From a virus (lineage: Duplodnaviria > Caudoviricetes): a stretch of DNA of 36,501 nt. Made by a program: the position numbers and the translations under genes. The DNA lies in the IMG/VR virus record IMGVR_UViG_3300036446_000010, positions 1 through 36,501 of that record, one strand, 5' to 3'. Shown here in pieces: positions 27,483 to 34,965 of the stretch. Positions within the stretch are counted from its first letter, which is position 1; each line of letters starts with the position of its first letter. Below the pieces are notes generated by a model, which did no database searches, was not told where the DNA came from, and saw nothing but the letters and a program-made list of their open reading frames with translations.

Positions 27483-27833
27483 TCAGACGATGAGCGTCGG
27501 CTCGATGGTCAGCGAGCCGCGCGCGAGCGTGTCGACGTTGCCACCCGTGTCGATGGCCTCGAGCTCGTGATAGTAGGTGCCCGGCGGCAGGCTGACCGTA
27601 TCCGCCGGCGCGATCGCCACGAGCACACGGCTGGCGCTTGCCAATGAGATGCCGCTGCTCGTGGTCTTCTTCAACAGGACGCTGGTGCCGCGGGCCTTCG
27701 GGTTACGGCCCACCCACCAGCGCAGCGTGCAGCCCGCCAGGTTCGCCGCGGATCCATCCGCCTCGAGGCAGCTGAAGGCGAGCGTCTTGCTGTCGCCCGC
27801 CACCATCTGCGCGTTCTGGTTGGTCGCCGGCAT
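27483..27833 (-). CDS. Ig-like / BppU-like virion protein
   Basis: GDSKTL..ANLAGCT..IAPADT..YYHELE..RGSLTI pattern. Confidence 0.7.
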   Translation of the reverse strand: MPATNQNAQMVAGDSKTLAFSCLEADGSAANLAGCTLRWWVGRNPKARGTSVLLKKTTSSGISLASASRVLVAIAPADTVSLPPGTYYHELEAIDTGGNVDTLARGSLTIEPTLIV

Positions 27834-29110
27834 CACACGATCCCCTTCAACTCGATGATCCGTGCGTCCCGCTGACCTTTGAGCTCCGTCACACCATCAC
27901 GACGTCCGACGAGCTCGATGGGCGTTCCCAGCACGGCCGCCGAGCCATCCCCCGTGGCGATGCCCTGGAGGAACACCGCAACGACTTGCTGGACGATACC
28001 GGAGACTACCGCTCCACCCGAGCGCACGCCCGGGATCAGGCTCGCCGTGACCGTGATCGTCGCGCCAGGCGCCGCCGTCCCGCTGAATGCGGAACCAGGC
28101 AGGATCGACGCCGTTACAGGGAGCGTCGCGCCGGAAACCGACGCACCACCAGAGCGCGCGCCAGCCGTGAGGCTTGCCGTGACCGGGAGGAGTACGCCCG
28201 TCGCCGTGGCAGAGACCGTGCCCGAGCCCGCGAGCAGCGACGCCGTCGCCGTCAGGGTCGTGCCGGCCTGTGCCGCGCCACCAGAGGCCGTGCCCGGGAT
28301 CAGCGACGCCGTCGTGCCGAGCGTCTGCCCGACCGCCGTGCCGCCTCCCGCGCCCGCCGCGCCGCCCGGAAGCAGGCTCGCCGTGACCGGCAGGGTCTGA
28401 CCCGCCGTCGATGCGCCGCCCGTACCCGTGCCCGCGACCGCGACGCTGGCCGTGGCTGTCAGGGTCGCCCCTGCCCGGCTCGCACCACCCGTCGCGCCAC
28501 CAGAGCTTGCCACGGAAGCCGTGGCCGTCAGCGTGGTCCCAGAAGCCGCCGCGCCGCCGGTCGCCGTCCCTGCGATCAGCGAGGCAGTGGCCGTCAGCGT
28601 TGCGCCAGAAGCGTTACCTGGGCTGGCACCGCCCGCCGAGCCCGCAATGAGGCTCGCCGTGGCCGAAAGCGTCTGGCCTGCGGTAGACGCACCACCCGTC
28701 GCGGAACCCGCGGTCGGGATAGACGCAGTCGCCGACAGCACCTGGCCCGTGGCAGACCCGTTGCCCGTCGCCGTGCCGCCGATCAGCGATGCGGTCACGC
28801 CTAGGAGGATCCCGGCCGCCAGAGCGCCGCCGATGGCAGCGCCAGCAGTCGCGATCGACGCGGTCGCCGAGAGAGTCGATCCCGCCTGCGAGGAGTTCCC
28901 AGACGCCGTGCCGGCGATCAGGCTCGCCGTAACCGAAAGCGTGGATCCCGCCTGCGACGCACCGCCAGACGCTGCGCCAGCCGTCGCGATGGACGCGGTG
29001 GCGGAGAGTACCTGACCTGACGCGTTGCCGCCGGTGGCCGCAACCGCACTTGGCGGCAGAAACCTCTTGCCTTTGCGGGGGCGCCTACCTCGCCGGAGCC
29101 AGATCGCCAC
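27833..29110 (-). CDS. Gly/Ala/Thr/Ser-rich repetitive fibre-like protein
   Basis: About 15 degenerate ~22-25-aa repeats GxTLxxTAS(L/I/V)xxGxAxGG, with almost no charged residues in the core. Confidence 0.8.
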   Translation of the reverse strand: MAIWLRRGRRPRKGKRFLPPSAVAATGGNASGQVLSATASIATAGAASGGASQAGSTLSVTASLIAGTASGNSSQAGSTLSATASIATAGAAIGGALAAGILLGVTASLIGGTATGNGSATGQVLSATASIPTAGSATGGASTAGQTLSATASLIAGSAGGASPGNASGATLTATASLIAGTATGGAAASGTTLTATASVASSGGATGGASRAGATLTATASVAVAGTGTGGASTAGQTLPVTASLLPGGAAGAGGGTAVGQTLGTTASLIPGTASGGAAQAGTTLTATASLLAGSGTVSATATGVLLPVTASLTAGARSGGASVSGATLPVTASILPGSAFSGTAAPGATITVTASLIPGVRSGGAVVSGIVQQVVAVFLQGIATGDGSAAVLGTPIELVGRRDGVTELKGQRDARIIELKGIV

Positions 29111-29119
29111 CGCTCAAAC

Positions 29120-29605
29120 TCACAACTCTTCGATATAGAAGGTGATGGCGACCGTCATGTCATCTGCAAGCGTCGTCTGAAGCCGCACGATGAGACCGGA
29201 GCCGTTGATGCACACCGGGCAATAATCCGCATCCGGATACCAAAACTCCCACGGGCTGCCGCGCTCGTTCCATCCGTGCTCGCCGAGGAACACCGCCGTG
29301 CCCGAGGTGGTGGCGACGGTCGTGTCATTGCAGCGCACCGTGGCGCCGCAGGCGGCATCGGCCACGTTCATCGGAACAGGTGTCACCGCGCCGCCGCCGG
29401 TGCCGACCGTGAAGGTGGCGGGCAGGCGGATGATGGAGATGCGCACGCCCTCTTCGGCCGCATCGCCCACCTCGGAAATCTGGCCGATCGACCAGCCGCG
29501 CAGGCGAATGGGCTTGTTGGAGGCAGGCTGGACCGAGAGGAGGTCGGTATCCGTGCCCGCTGCGGTGATCGTGCCCGTGTACGGCACGGCATAGATGCGG
29601 CTCAT
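29120..29605 (-). CDS. Hypothetical beta-rich virion protein
   Basis: MSRIYAVPYTGTITAAG...TFYIEEL. The ATG overlaps the upstream stop and has a GGAG RBS. Confidence 0.75.
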   Translation of the reverse strand: MSRIYAVPYTGTITAAGTDTDLLSVQPASNKPIRLRGWSIGQISEVGDAAEEGVRISIIRLPATFTVGTGGGAVTPVPMNVADAACGATVRCNDTTVATTSGTAVFLGEHGWNERGSPWEFWYPDADYCPVCINGSGLIVRLQTTLADDMTVAITFYIEEL

Positions 29606-30249
29606 CAGAATCTCCGGGTGAATGTGCGAAGGGCGCGGCGGGGCAACAGGATGGCTTTCGTCGCAGCAGCGGCCCCGAGTTCCGAAAAACCCGAGGGGGC
29701 CGAATACGTCCACGATGTCGAGGCAAACTGGCCCGTCCACACGTCGCCGTTCGAACAGGCGACTGCGGCGTAATAGGTCGACGACCCCGAACTTGACATG
29801 CCCTGGCCGTTGCTGGCCGTGGCGGGGTCGGCACTGAGCGTCGAGCCGGCCCAGGTTCCTCCGTTCTTGCGAAACCATATCGTGCGGGTCGAGGCATCAA
29901 ATGCGATGCCGATGTGATCCCCTTGCCCGAAACTCTGGCGCGCGCCCGTGTACCCAGCAGGCTCATAGTACCATTGACTGTCGGACCAATAGGCGCCGAT
30001 GCTGTTGGTGCCGTTTTCGCCGAAATAGCCGGTATCTAGGTTGAACCCCGCTCCCGGCGCCACGACGCCGACGCCGAACCCGCCGCTGCTGCGCGTGGTG
30101 GCGACGACCTCGAAATAGAACTTTCCCGACGACGACCCATCGACAGTCAGGACGAACTTGTCAGGCGAACCCGAACCGGTGGCAATGAGGTTGCCACCGG
30201 ACAGTGTGATCGTTGACGATTTTTTAGAGGCGTCCCAAGTCGTCGCCAT
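29605..30249 (-). CDS. SPRY / concanavalin-A-like domain protein
   Basis: ITLSGGNL, SSGKFYFEV, GDHIGIAFD..IWFRKNG and YSAPSGF motifs. Confidence 0.85.
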   Translation of the reverse strand: MATTWDASKKSSTITLSGGNLIATGSGSPDKFVLTVDGSSSGKFYFEVVATTRSSGGFGVGVVAPGAGFNLDTGYFGENGTNSIGAYWSDSQWYYEPAGYTGARQSFGQGDHIGIAFDASTRTIWFRKNGGTWAGSTLSADPATASNGQGMSSSGSSTYYAAVACSNGDVWTGQFASTSWTYSAPSGFSELGAAAATKAILLPRRALRTFTRRF

Positions 30250-30252
30250 GGA

Positions 30253-30798
30253 TCAGGGCCAGTCCCACCCGTCGACTTCAGCGCGGCTCTTCACGGCGCC
30301 CGCCGCGATGGCGTCAAGGCACTCCTTCTCCGCGGCGAAGCACGCCTGCACATAGGCCGCCACCGCCTGGGCGATGCCGGTCATGGCGGCGAGGTCGAGC
30401 GTGGCCCAGCCGGACACCGCCTTGAACGAAATCGACGACACCCACCCCCGTTCAAGGATCAGCAGCGCCGCCGTGATCTTGTCCTGCGAGGCGTCGGAGG
30501 TATCGACCCTGACGCCGTTGGGCAGGGTCAGCCCGCCGGACGCGCGCTGCCACCTCACCTCAGCCGCATAGGCCTTGAGTTCCATCGCCTGCCAGGCGGA
30601 ATCGGCACTGCCGCCGGGCCACACCAGGTTGACCTGCGAGCCGTCGCCGTTGACCGTGAGCGCCGGGCCGCGCCCGCTGGGGCGCACTTCCTGCACGTCG
30701 CGCCAGTTGGCGCGCTCGACCTCGGCGATGTCGGCAAGCGAGCCCTGCCGGATTTCGATGACGGTCAGACCGCCATCGGTGCGCGCGATGTAGGGCAT
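30253..30798 (-). CDS. DUF4376-like fibre-associated protein
   Basis: LKAYAAEVRW..GG..DTSDASQ..VQACFAAE. Confidence 0.82.
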   Translation of the reverse strand: MPYIARTDGGLTVIEIRQGSLADIAEVERANWRDVQEVRPSGRGPALTVNGDGSQVNLVWPGGSADSAWQAMELKAYAAEVRWQRASGGLTLPNGVRVDTSDASQDKITAALLILERGWVSSISFKAVSGWATLDLAAMTGIAQAVAAYVQACFAAEKECLDAIAAGAVKSRAEVDGWDWP

Positions 30799-30804
30799 GG
30801 CGCG

Positions 30805-31002
30805 TCAGGCTTGACCGGAAGCGCCGGACGCAGCAAGCGCGCGCTCGGCGCCCTCGGCCTCGCGAATCTGCTGGTCGATCTCGACGATCTCCTGGGCAAC
30901 CGCGCCCATCTCGACCCGGATCTTGTCCTTCTTCGCAGCGAGCTTCTGATGCTCGGCGATCTTGGCATCGCGCAGGGCGATGAGTTCCGCACTGGAAGCC
31001 AT
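30805..31002 (-). CDS. Small coiled-coil protein
   Basis: AGGAG RBS; MASSAELIALRDAKI..., heptad-like. Confidence 0.7.
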   Translation of the reverse strand: MASSAELIALRDAKIAEHQKLAAKKDKIRVEMGAVAQEIVEIDQQIREAEGAERALAASGASGQA

Positions 31003-31031
31003 TGTGGTGTCTCCTGAGAAGTGCGGCGGGA

Positions 31032-31448
31032 TCAGTTCTGGACGCGCAGCGTCGAGGCGGACAGCGACCAGGTGCCGCCGGACGAGACCACGTCCGAACC
31101 AAAGTCGATGACGGCCACGAGCTCGTCCGCCGACGAAGCGCCGCCGCGGGACTTGTAGATGACCGCCTTGCGCGCGGTGATCGTCGCAGTCGACCAGGAG
31201 GCCGCGCCGATCGTCACGTCGAGGCGATCGTTGGCCGTGTCCTTGGTGACCGTCACCGTCGTCGAGGCGCCGCCGGCGGTGTAGCCGGTGCCCGTCACCT
31301 CGTTGGTCACGGACGAGCGCTTGAGGTGCGAGTCCTTGTCCTCGGTGTAGGTGCTCGTGGTGAGCATCACCTTGAAGGTGTCGGTGTCCAGGTCGATCGC
31401 GCCGCGAGCGAGATCCTCCCAGAACGAGTTGTAGATCAGCGAAGCCAT
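31032..31448 (-). CDS. Conserved phage structural protein
   Basis: IDLDTDTFKVML..NEVTGTGYTAGG..LVAVIDFG, a pattern common in phage virion proteins. Confidence 0.8.
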   Translation of the reverse strand: MASLIYNSFWEDLARGAIDLDTDTFKVMLTTSTYTEDKDSHLKRSSVTNEVTGTGYTAGGASTTVTVTKDTANDRLDVTIGAASWSTATITARKAVIYKSRGGASSADELVAVIDFGSDVVSSGGTWSLSASTLRVQN

Positions 31449-31472
31449 GGTGAGGGTCTCCGGCCGGGAGGG

Positions 31473-31571
31473 TCAGGTGAGGAAGACGAAAAGGGAGAAG
31501 ACGAGGGAGATGCCGGCGAACACGCCGCACACGGCAACCGCCTCGGGAGCGACGCGGGCGAAGGCCTTCAT
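31473..31571 (-). CDS. 32-aa hydrophobic peptide
   Basis: MKAFARVAPEAVAVCGVFAGISLVFSLFVFLT, with an ATGA overlap on the upstream gene and a GAGAGGG RBS. Confidence 0.5.
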   Translation of the reverse strand: MKAFARVAPEAVAVCGVFAGISLVFSLFVFLT

Positions 31572-31915
31572 GGCGCCCTCTCGTCGATAAACCGGGCCCA
31601 GAAGCCTTGCTGCCGGACGATGAGCCGGAGACAGGAGATCTTCCGGTTCAATTTGTGGCAGAGCGCGCCGACCGCCGTGACCGTGTCGTCGGGACCGCCG
31701 TTCGGGTCGTCGCCATAGAGCGTGTCGACGATCTCAGTCCGCGGCACCACCCGGCCCGGTCGGGCTGCGAGCAGGAGGAAGAGGTCGTACTCGAGCGGGC
31801 CCAGGCTCCGAGACCACGTCGTCCCGCGGAAGATCACCCGCCACGGCACGACGATCTGGAGCCGGCCCAGCGGCAGCGCGCGCGGCCGCACCGTCAGGAC
31901 AGGCGGTTGCAGCAT
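31568..31915 (-). CDS. Orphan OmpR/PhoB-type winged-helix DNA-binding protein
   Basis: LGPLEYDLFLLLAARPGRVVPRTEIVDTLYG..KLNRKI..QQGF; no receiver domain. Confidence 0.75.
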   Translation of the reverse strand: MLQPPVLTVRPRALPLGRLQIVVPWRVIFRGTTWSRSLGPLEYDLFLLLAARPGRVVPRTEIVDTLYGDDPNGGPDDTVTAVGALCHKLNRKISCLRLIVRQQGFWARFIDERAP

Positions 31916-32327
31916 GCGTGTGAGCCAGGAGGCGCTGGAATTGCCTGGGGCGCGATCTCTCGTCAGCCGACCAGGTCTCGAGGAGATGAAGCTCGCCGCG
32001 CTCGCGGGCGTAAGCCTCCATCTTGCCCTTCAGTCCGTGGCACTCACGGCAGAGGACTTGGACGTTCGGTCTGTGCAGCCGGAGGGCAGGAAAGTCCCGC
32101 AATGGCAGGATGTGGTCCACCACGTCGGCAAGCACGTCGCAATCCGCTGCCTGATGCCAGCGGCACAACGGATTTTCACGCAAGAACCGTGCAGCGAACC
32201 GAGCCCACCGCTGGTCATAGCCCCTTTCGTGTCGGCTGCCCCTGGTCTCTCTGTCTCGCTGCTTCCTCTGAAGCCGCGGCAGGGCCAGGCGCCTAAACGA
32301 CGGAACCAAGTCCATTGGTCGACGCAT
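31734..32327 (-). CDS. HNH endonuclease (HK97 gp74-like, packaging-associated)
   Basis: RGYDQRW..FLRENPLC..VVDHILP..NVQVLCRECH. The last ~60 codons overlap the wHTH gene. Confidence 0.88.
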   Translation of the reverse strand: MRRPMDLVPSFRRLALPRLQRKQRDRETRGSRHERGYDQRWARFAARFLRENPLCRWHQAADCDVLADVVDHILPLRDFPALRLHRPNVQVLCRECHGLKGKMEAYARERGELHLLETWSADERSRPRQFQRLLAHTHAATACPDGAAARAAAGPAPDRRAVAGDLPRDDVVSEPGPARVRPLPPARSPTGPGGAAD

Positions 32328-32399
32328 ACTCGCGCATAGCCAGAAGCGGTGCCGTAAATTGCAATCCCTGTCAAACGGCTGTTTCCCAGGCCGTATTCG

Positions 32400-32465
32400 T
32401 TTGACCGCCCCCGTCGGTCCTCTAGTTACGGCCCGTTTTTTTAAGTCGGAGGGGCCATCCCTTTA
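32400..32465. other. Candidate cos / packaging-site region
   Basis: Non-coding, lies between divergent operons next to HNH. Minus strand CCCCTCCGACTTAAAAAAACGGG..GACCGACGGGGCGGTC resembles HK97-type cos neighbourhoods. Composition shifts to the right of it. Confidence 0.4.
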
Positions 32466-32651
32466 GGTCTTTGGGCCTGGGCTCTGGGCTGCTGGCCGGG
32501 CAGTGCCACGCCTCTCTACTGCTATAGAGGTATGGCCGCATGAACACTTGACTATCTTTCGTTCTGTGAGCATGCGCGCGTGCCTGCTAATCCGCTTTGT
32601 GGCGTGGCATGGACTGCGGATGGATGCTGCACGAATGCTTGTGTAAGGGAC

Positions 32652-32680
32652 TTGTCGGCGGATGCGTATGCGCCTATATT
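32652..32680 (+). promoter_or_regulatory. Sigma70 promoter of the early operon
   Basis: TTGTCG-17 bp-TATATT. Confidence 0.75.
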
Positions 32681-32843
32681 CGCTTTGCGTCGTGAGACGC
32701 GGCGGCCCGGCATGGACGGGCGGCCCTCTCCCCGGCCCGGCATGGACGGGCTTACGGGGAGGGAGGGAGAGACAGGAAGCAGTGAGGAGAGGCGGCCCGG
32801 CGGAGTACGGGCTTAGCCTCAGAGCGAAAGAGGGAACGGAACG

Positions 32844-33566
32844 GTGCAAGCGATTGTCGCACGGATGGCGGAAGGAAGGGCGGCCCTCGCGGCTGGCCGG
32901 ACTTCCGACGCCGTGCGGCTTTTCGCTTCCGCCCTGTCGCTCGCCAACCGGCATTGCTGGAGCGCGCGCGGCCGCATTCTCGCGTGCCTCAGCTTCGCTC
33001 GCCGCGCGCTTGCGGCCGCAGCTGATGCGGCGGCCCGTGCGGTCCCCGCTCTTGTGGCGGCCGTGGCGGCCCGGGTTGCGGGTTCCGCTCCGGCCGCCTC
33101 TTCCGTTGATGCGGCTCCGGCCGCCTCCCGTGCGGCCCGGGTTCCGGCCGCTTCGCAGCATGAGGTTGCAGCATGTCTCTCGCAGAGCGTCGCGCCGTTT
33201 TCTTCTACTGGAACGCAGTCCGCCGGGAGGGCCGCCGCTCTTCCGATCCGGTCCGGATCGAACGCGGCGAGCGGATGGCACGATGGGCGCTCCGCCGCAT
33301 GGCATGGGCTGCGGGCCGCAGCTGAGGCGGCCCGGGAGGCGGCCCGTTCCGCCTCCCGCCTTCTCTCCCGGCTTTGCGCTGCGACGGTTGCCCGGTTCCG
33401 GGCGGCCCTCGGAACGCATGGCGCGTTCCCGCCCGGCATGACCGGGCGCGCACTCGGAGATGACTCCCATGACGACGATTCCGCAGGAAAATCGCAAGGT
33501 CCGCCGGTCCGTTCGCGAAGAACGGCGCCGCTTGACGCGGTCCGCCCGTCGCATCCGCATCGCTGA
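32844..33566 (+). CDS. Ala/Arg-rich hypothetical protein
   Basis: AGAGGG RBS and GTG start. The first ~60 aa look helical; the rest is low complexity and overlaps the 33469 ORF. Confidence 0.45.
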   Translation: MQAIVARMAEGRAALAAGRTSDAVRLFASALSLANRHCWSARGRILACLSFARRALAAAADAAARAVPALVAAVAARVAGSAPAASSVDAAPAASRAARVPAASQHEVAACLSQSVAPFSSTGTQSAGRAAALPIRSGSNAASGWHDGRSAAWHGLRAAAEAAREAARSASRLLSRLCAATVARFRAALGTHGAFPPGMTGRALGDDSHDDDSAGKSQGPPVRSRRTAPLDAVRPSHPHR

Positions 33567-33591
33567 AAAGCACGCGTTTTTGAACGCGTGA
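33469..33591 (+). CDS. 40-aa arginine-rich peptide (candidate ARM RNA-binding protein)
   Basis: MTTIPQENRKVRRSVREERRRLTRSARRIRIAEKHAFLNA. It is preceded by the same hairpin + GGAG + ATG layout as the two large downstream genes and is absent from the ORF track. Confidence 0.7.
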   Translation: MTTIPQENRKVRRSVREERRRLTRSARRIRIAEKHAFLNA

Positions 33592-33607
33592 CCGGGAGGG
33601 CTTGACC

Positions 33608-33823
33608 ATGAATCCGTCCGCTATCGCTCGACTCCAGGGCTTTGCCTTGCGTCGACTCCAGCTGGCCACGTGCGAGCACGAGTCCGTGCTTCTCCGCCAC
33701 GCGTTGCGCTGCATTCGCCTCGCAAGCACGGCCGTTCGCCATAGCGACTCCCGGGAGGCGGCCCGGCTTCTCGCCTGGGCTGTCGGCTCCGCCCGGGCCG
33801 CCAATGGGGAGTCCATGGCGTGA
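33608..33823 (+). CDS. Hypothetical helical protein
   Basis: GGGAGGG RBS and ATG at 33608. Confidence 0.65.
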   Translation: MNPSAIARLQGFALRRLQLATCEHESVLLRHALRCIRLASTAVRHSDSREAARLLAWAVGSARAANGESMA

Positions 33824-33918
33824 CCGCGCGTGACCTCTTCCGGGCCGCCTTCGATGCGGCGGCCCTCCTCCTCTTCCTCACGGCCGTGCTTGTCGCGGCC
33901 CTCGCACTCAACCCTTGA
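33820..33918 (+). CDS. 32-aa single-TM peptide
   Basis: GTGA overlap with the upstream stop, GGGGAG RBS; MTARDLFRAAFDAAALLLFLTAVLVAALALNP. Confidence 0.55.
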   Translation: MTARDLFRAAFDAAALLLFLTAVLVAALALNP

Positions 33919-33960
33919 ACCTTTGCCCGGCATGCCCGGGCGCAATCCTTGGAGTCCACC

Positions 33961-34857
33961 ATGTCAATGCATGTTCCCTCCCGGTCCGTTCTCGCCTCCC
34001 GTGCCATGCTTTGCGGCTTGACCATTCGCCAATGGTCCGCCCGTCGCCTTGACCGCAAGGTTACTGACGAGGTGAACGCCTCGCACGGCGCCGCAGCGGA
34101 TGCGGGCCGCTACAATAAGGCATTGGTCGCAAAGGACGCACTCGCGGGTATCGTCACGGCCGCCAACGCCGCCCGTTCGCTCCACTATGCCCGGACGTTG
34201 CCATGGCTTGACGAGGGCGCCCGCATCCTCCCGGCGGCGGGATTCGAGGCTTACAGTAACGCCATGCGCGACTTGCGCCACGCGTTCGAGGCGGCCGTCG
34301 CGGCGTTCGTTGCAGCCTATCCGTCATACGTGGACGACGCGCGACTCCGCCTCAATGGCATGTTCGATCCGGCGGACTATCCGGACGCGGCGGACATTGC
34401 GGACCGTTTCGCGTTCGGAGTCCGCATCCTCCCGGTTCCGGACGCGTCCGACTTCCGGGTTGACCTCGCGGACGCGCAAGCGGCGGAGATTCGGGCCGCC
34501 ATAGAGTCCGCCGCACGGGACGCACTCGCCAACGCCACGCGCGACGCATGGCAACGCGTGGCGGAGGTGACGGGCCGAATGGTGGAACGCCTCAACGCAT
34601 ACAAGCCCGGAGGCGCCACGGGCCGCGCGGAAAATGTGTTCCGCGACTCCCTAGTCGAAAACGTCCGGGAGTTGGCCAGCATCCTCCCGGGCTTGAACCT
34701 CACGAACGATCCGGCCCTTTCCCGCATCGCAGAGCGGATGGAGTCGGACCTTTGCCAGCATGACGCGGCGGACTTGCGAGACTCTGACGTGCTCCGCCGC
34801 GACACGGCGAAAGCGGCGGCCGCGATCCTTGCGGAGGTGTCCGACTTCCTCGCCTAG
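33961..34857 (+). CDS. DUF3150-like phage protein
   Basis: WSARRLDRK, TLPW..GARILP, FDPADYP, FRDSLVEN and LNLTNDP motifs; GGAG RBS. Confidence 0.8.
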   Translation: MSMHVPSRSVLASRAMLCGLTIRQWSARRLDRKVTDEVNASHGAAADAGRYNKALVAKDALAGIVTAANAARSLHYARTLPWLDEGARILPAAGFEAYSNAMRDLRHAFEAAVAAFVAAYPSYVDDARLRLNGMFDPADYPDAADIADRFAFGVRILPVPDASDFRVDLADAQAAEIRAAIESAARDALANATRDAWQRVAEVTGRMVERLNAYKPGGATGRAENVFRDSLVENVRELASILPGLNLTNDPALSRIAERMESDLCQHDAADLRDSDVLRRDTAKAAAAILAEVSDFLA

Positions 34858-34965
34858 GCGCGGCCCGCGTCCGCGTCACGTGCCACAAGCGCGCGTGACG
34901 CGTGGCGGACCGCTCCGCGTCCGATCCGGCCCGGCATGCCCGGGCAACCTTTGGAGACTGTCACC

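Larger units (their letters stand above)
32705..34945 (+). repeat. Dispersed hairpin family GCCCG-GCATGNN-CGGGC
   Basis: Copies at 32705-32721, 32735-32751, 33431-33447, 33925-33941 and 34929-34945. A variant GCCCG-GCGGAGTA-CGGGC lies at 32795-32812. Confidence 0.85.

Noticed and set aside
1675-32327. Gene transfer agent cluster
   Set aside because: HNH/terS, a lysis cassette, accessory and early genes, and a tRNA-adjacent position indicate a genuine prophage.
32340-32374. Late promoter from a perfect TTGACA on the minus strand (32369-32374)
   Set aside because: No credible -10 at 16-18 bp. It may be activator-dependent, but the sequence alone cannot support it.
32463-33945. Minus-strand ORFs of 246-365 aa across the early leader
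   Set aside because: Low-complexity Arg/Gly/Ala translations opposite a clear plus-strand promoter, RBSs and hairpins.
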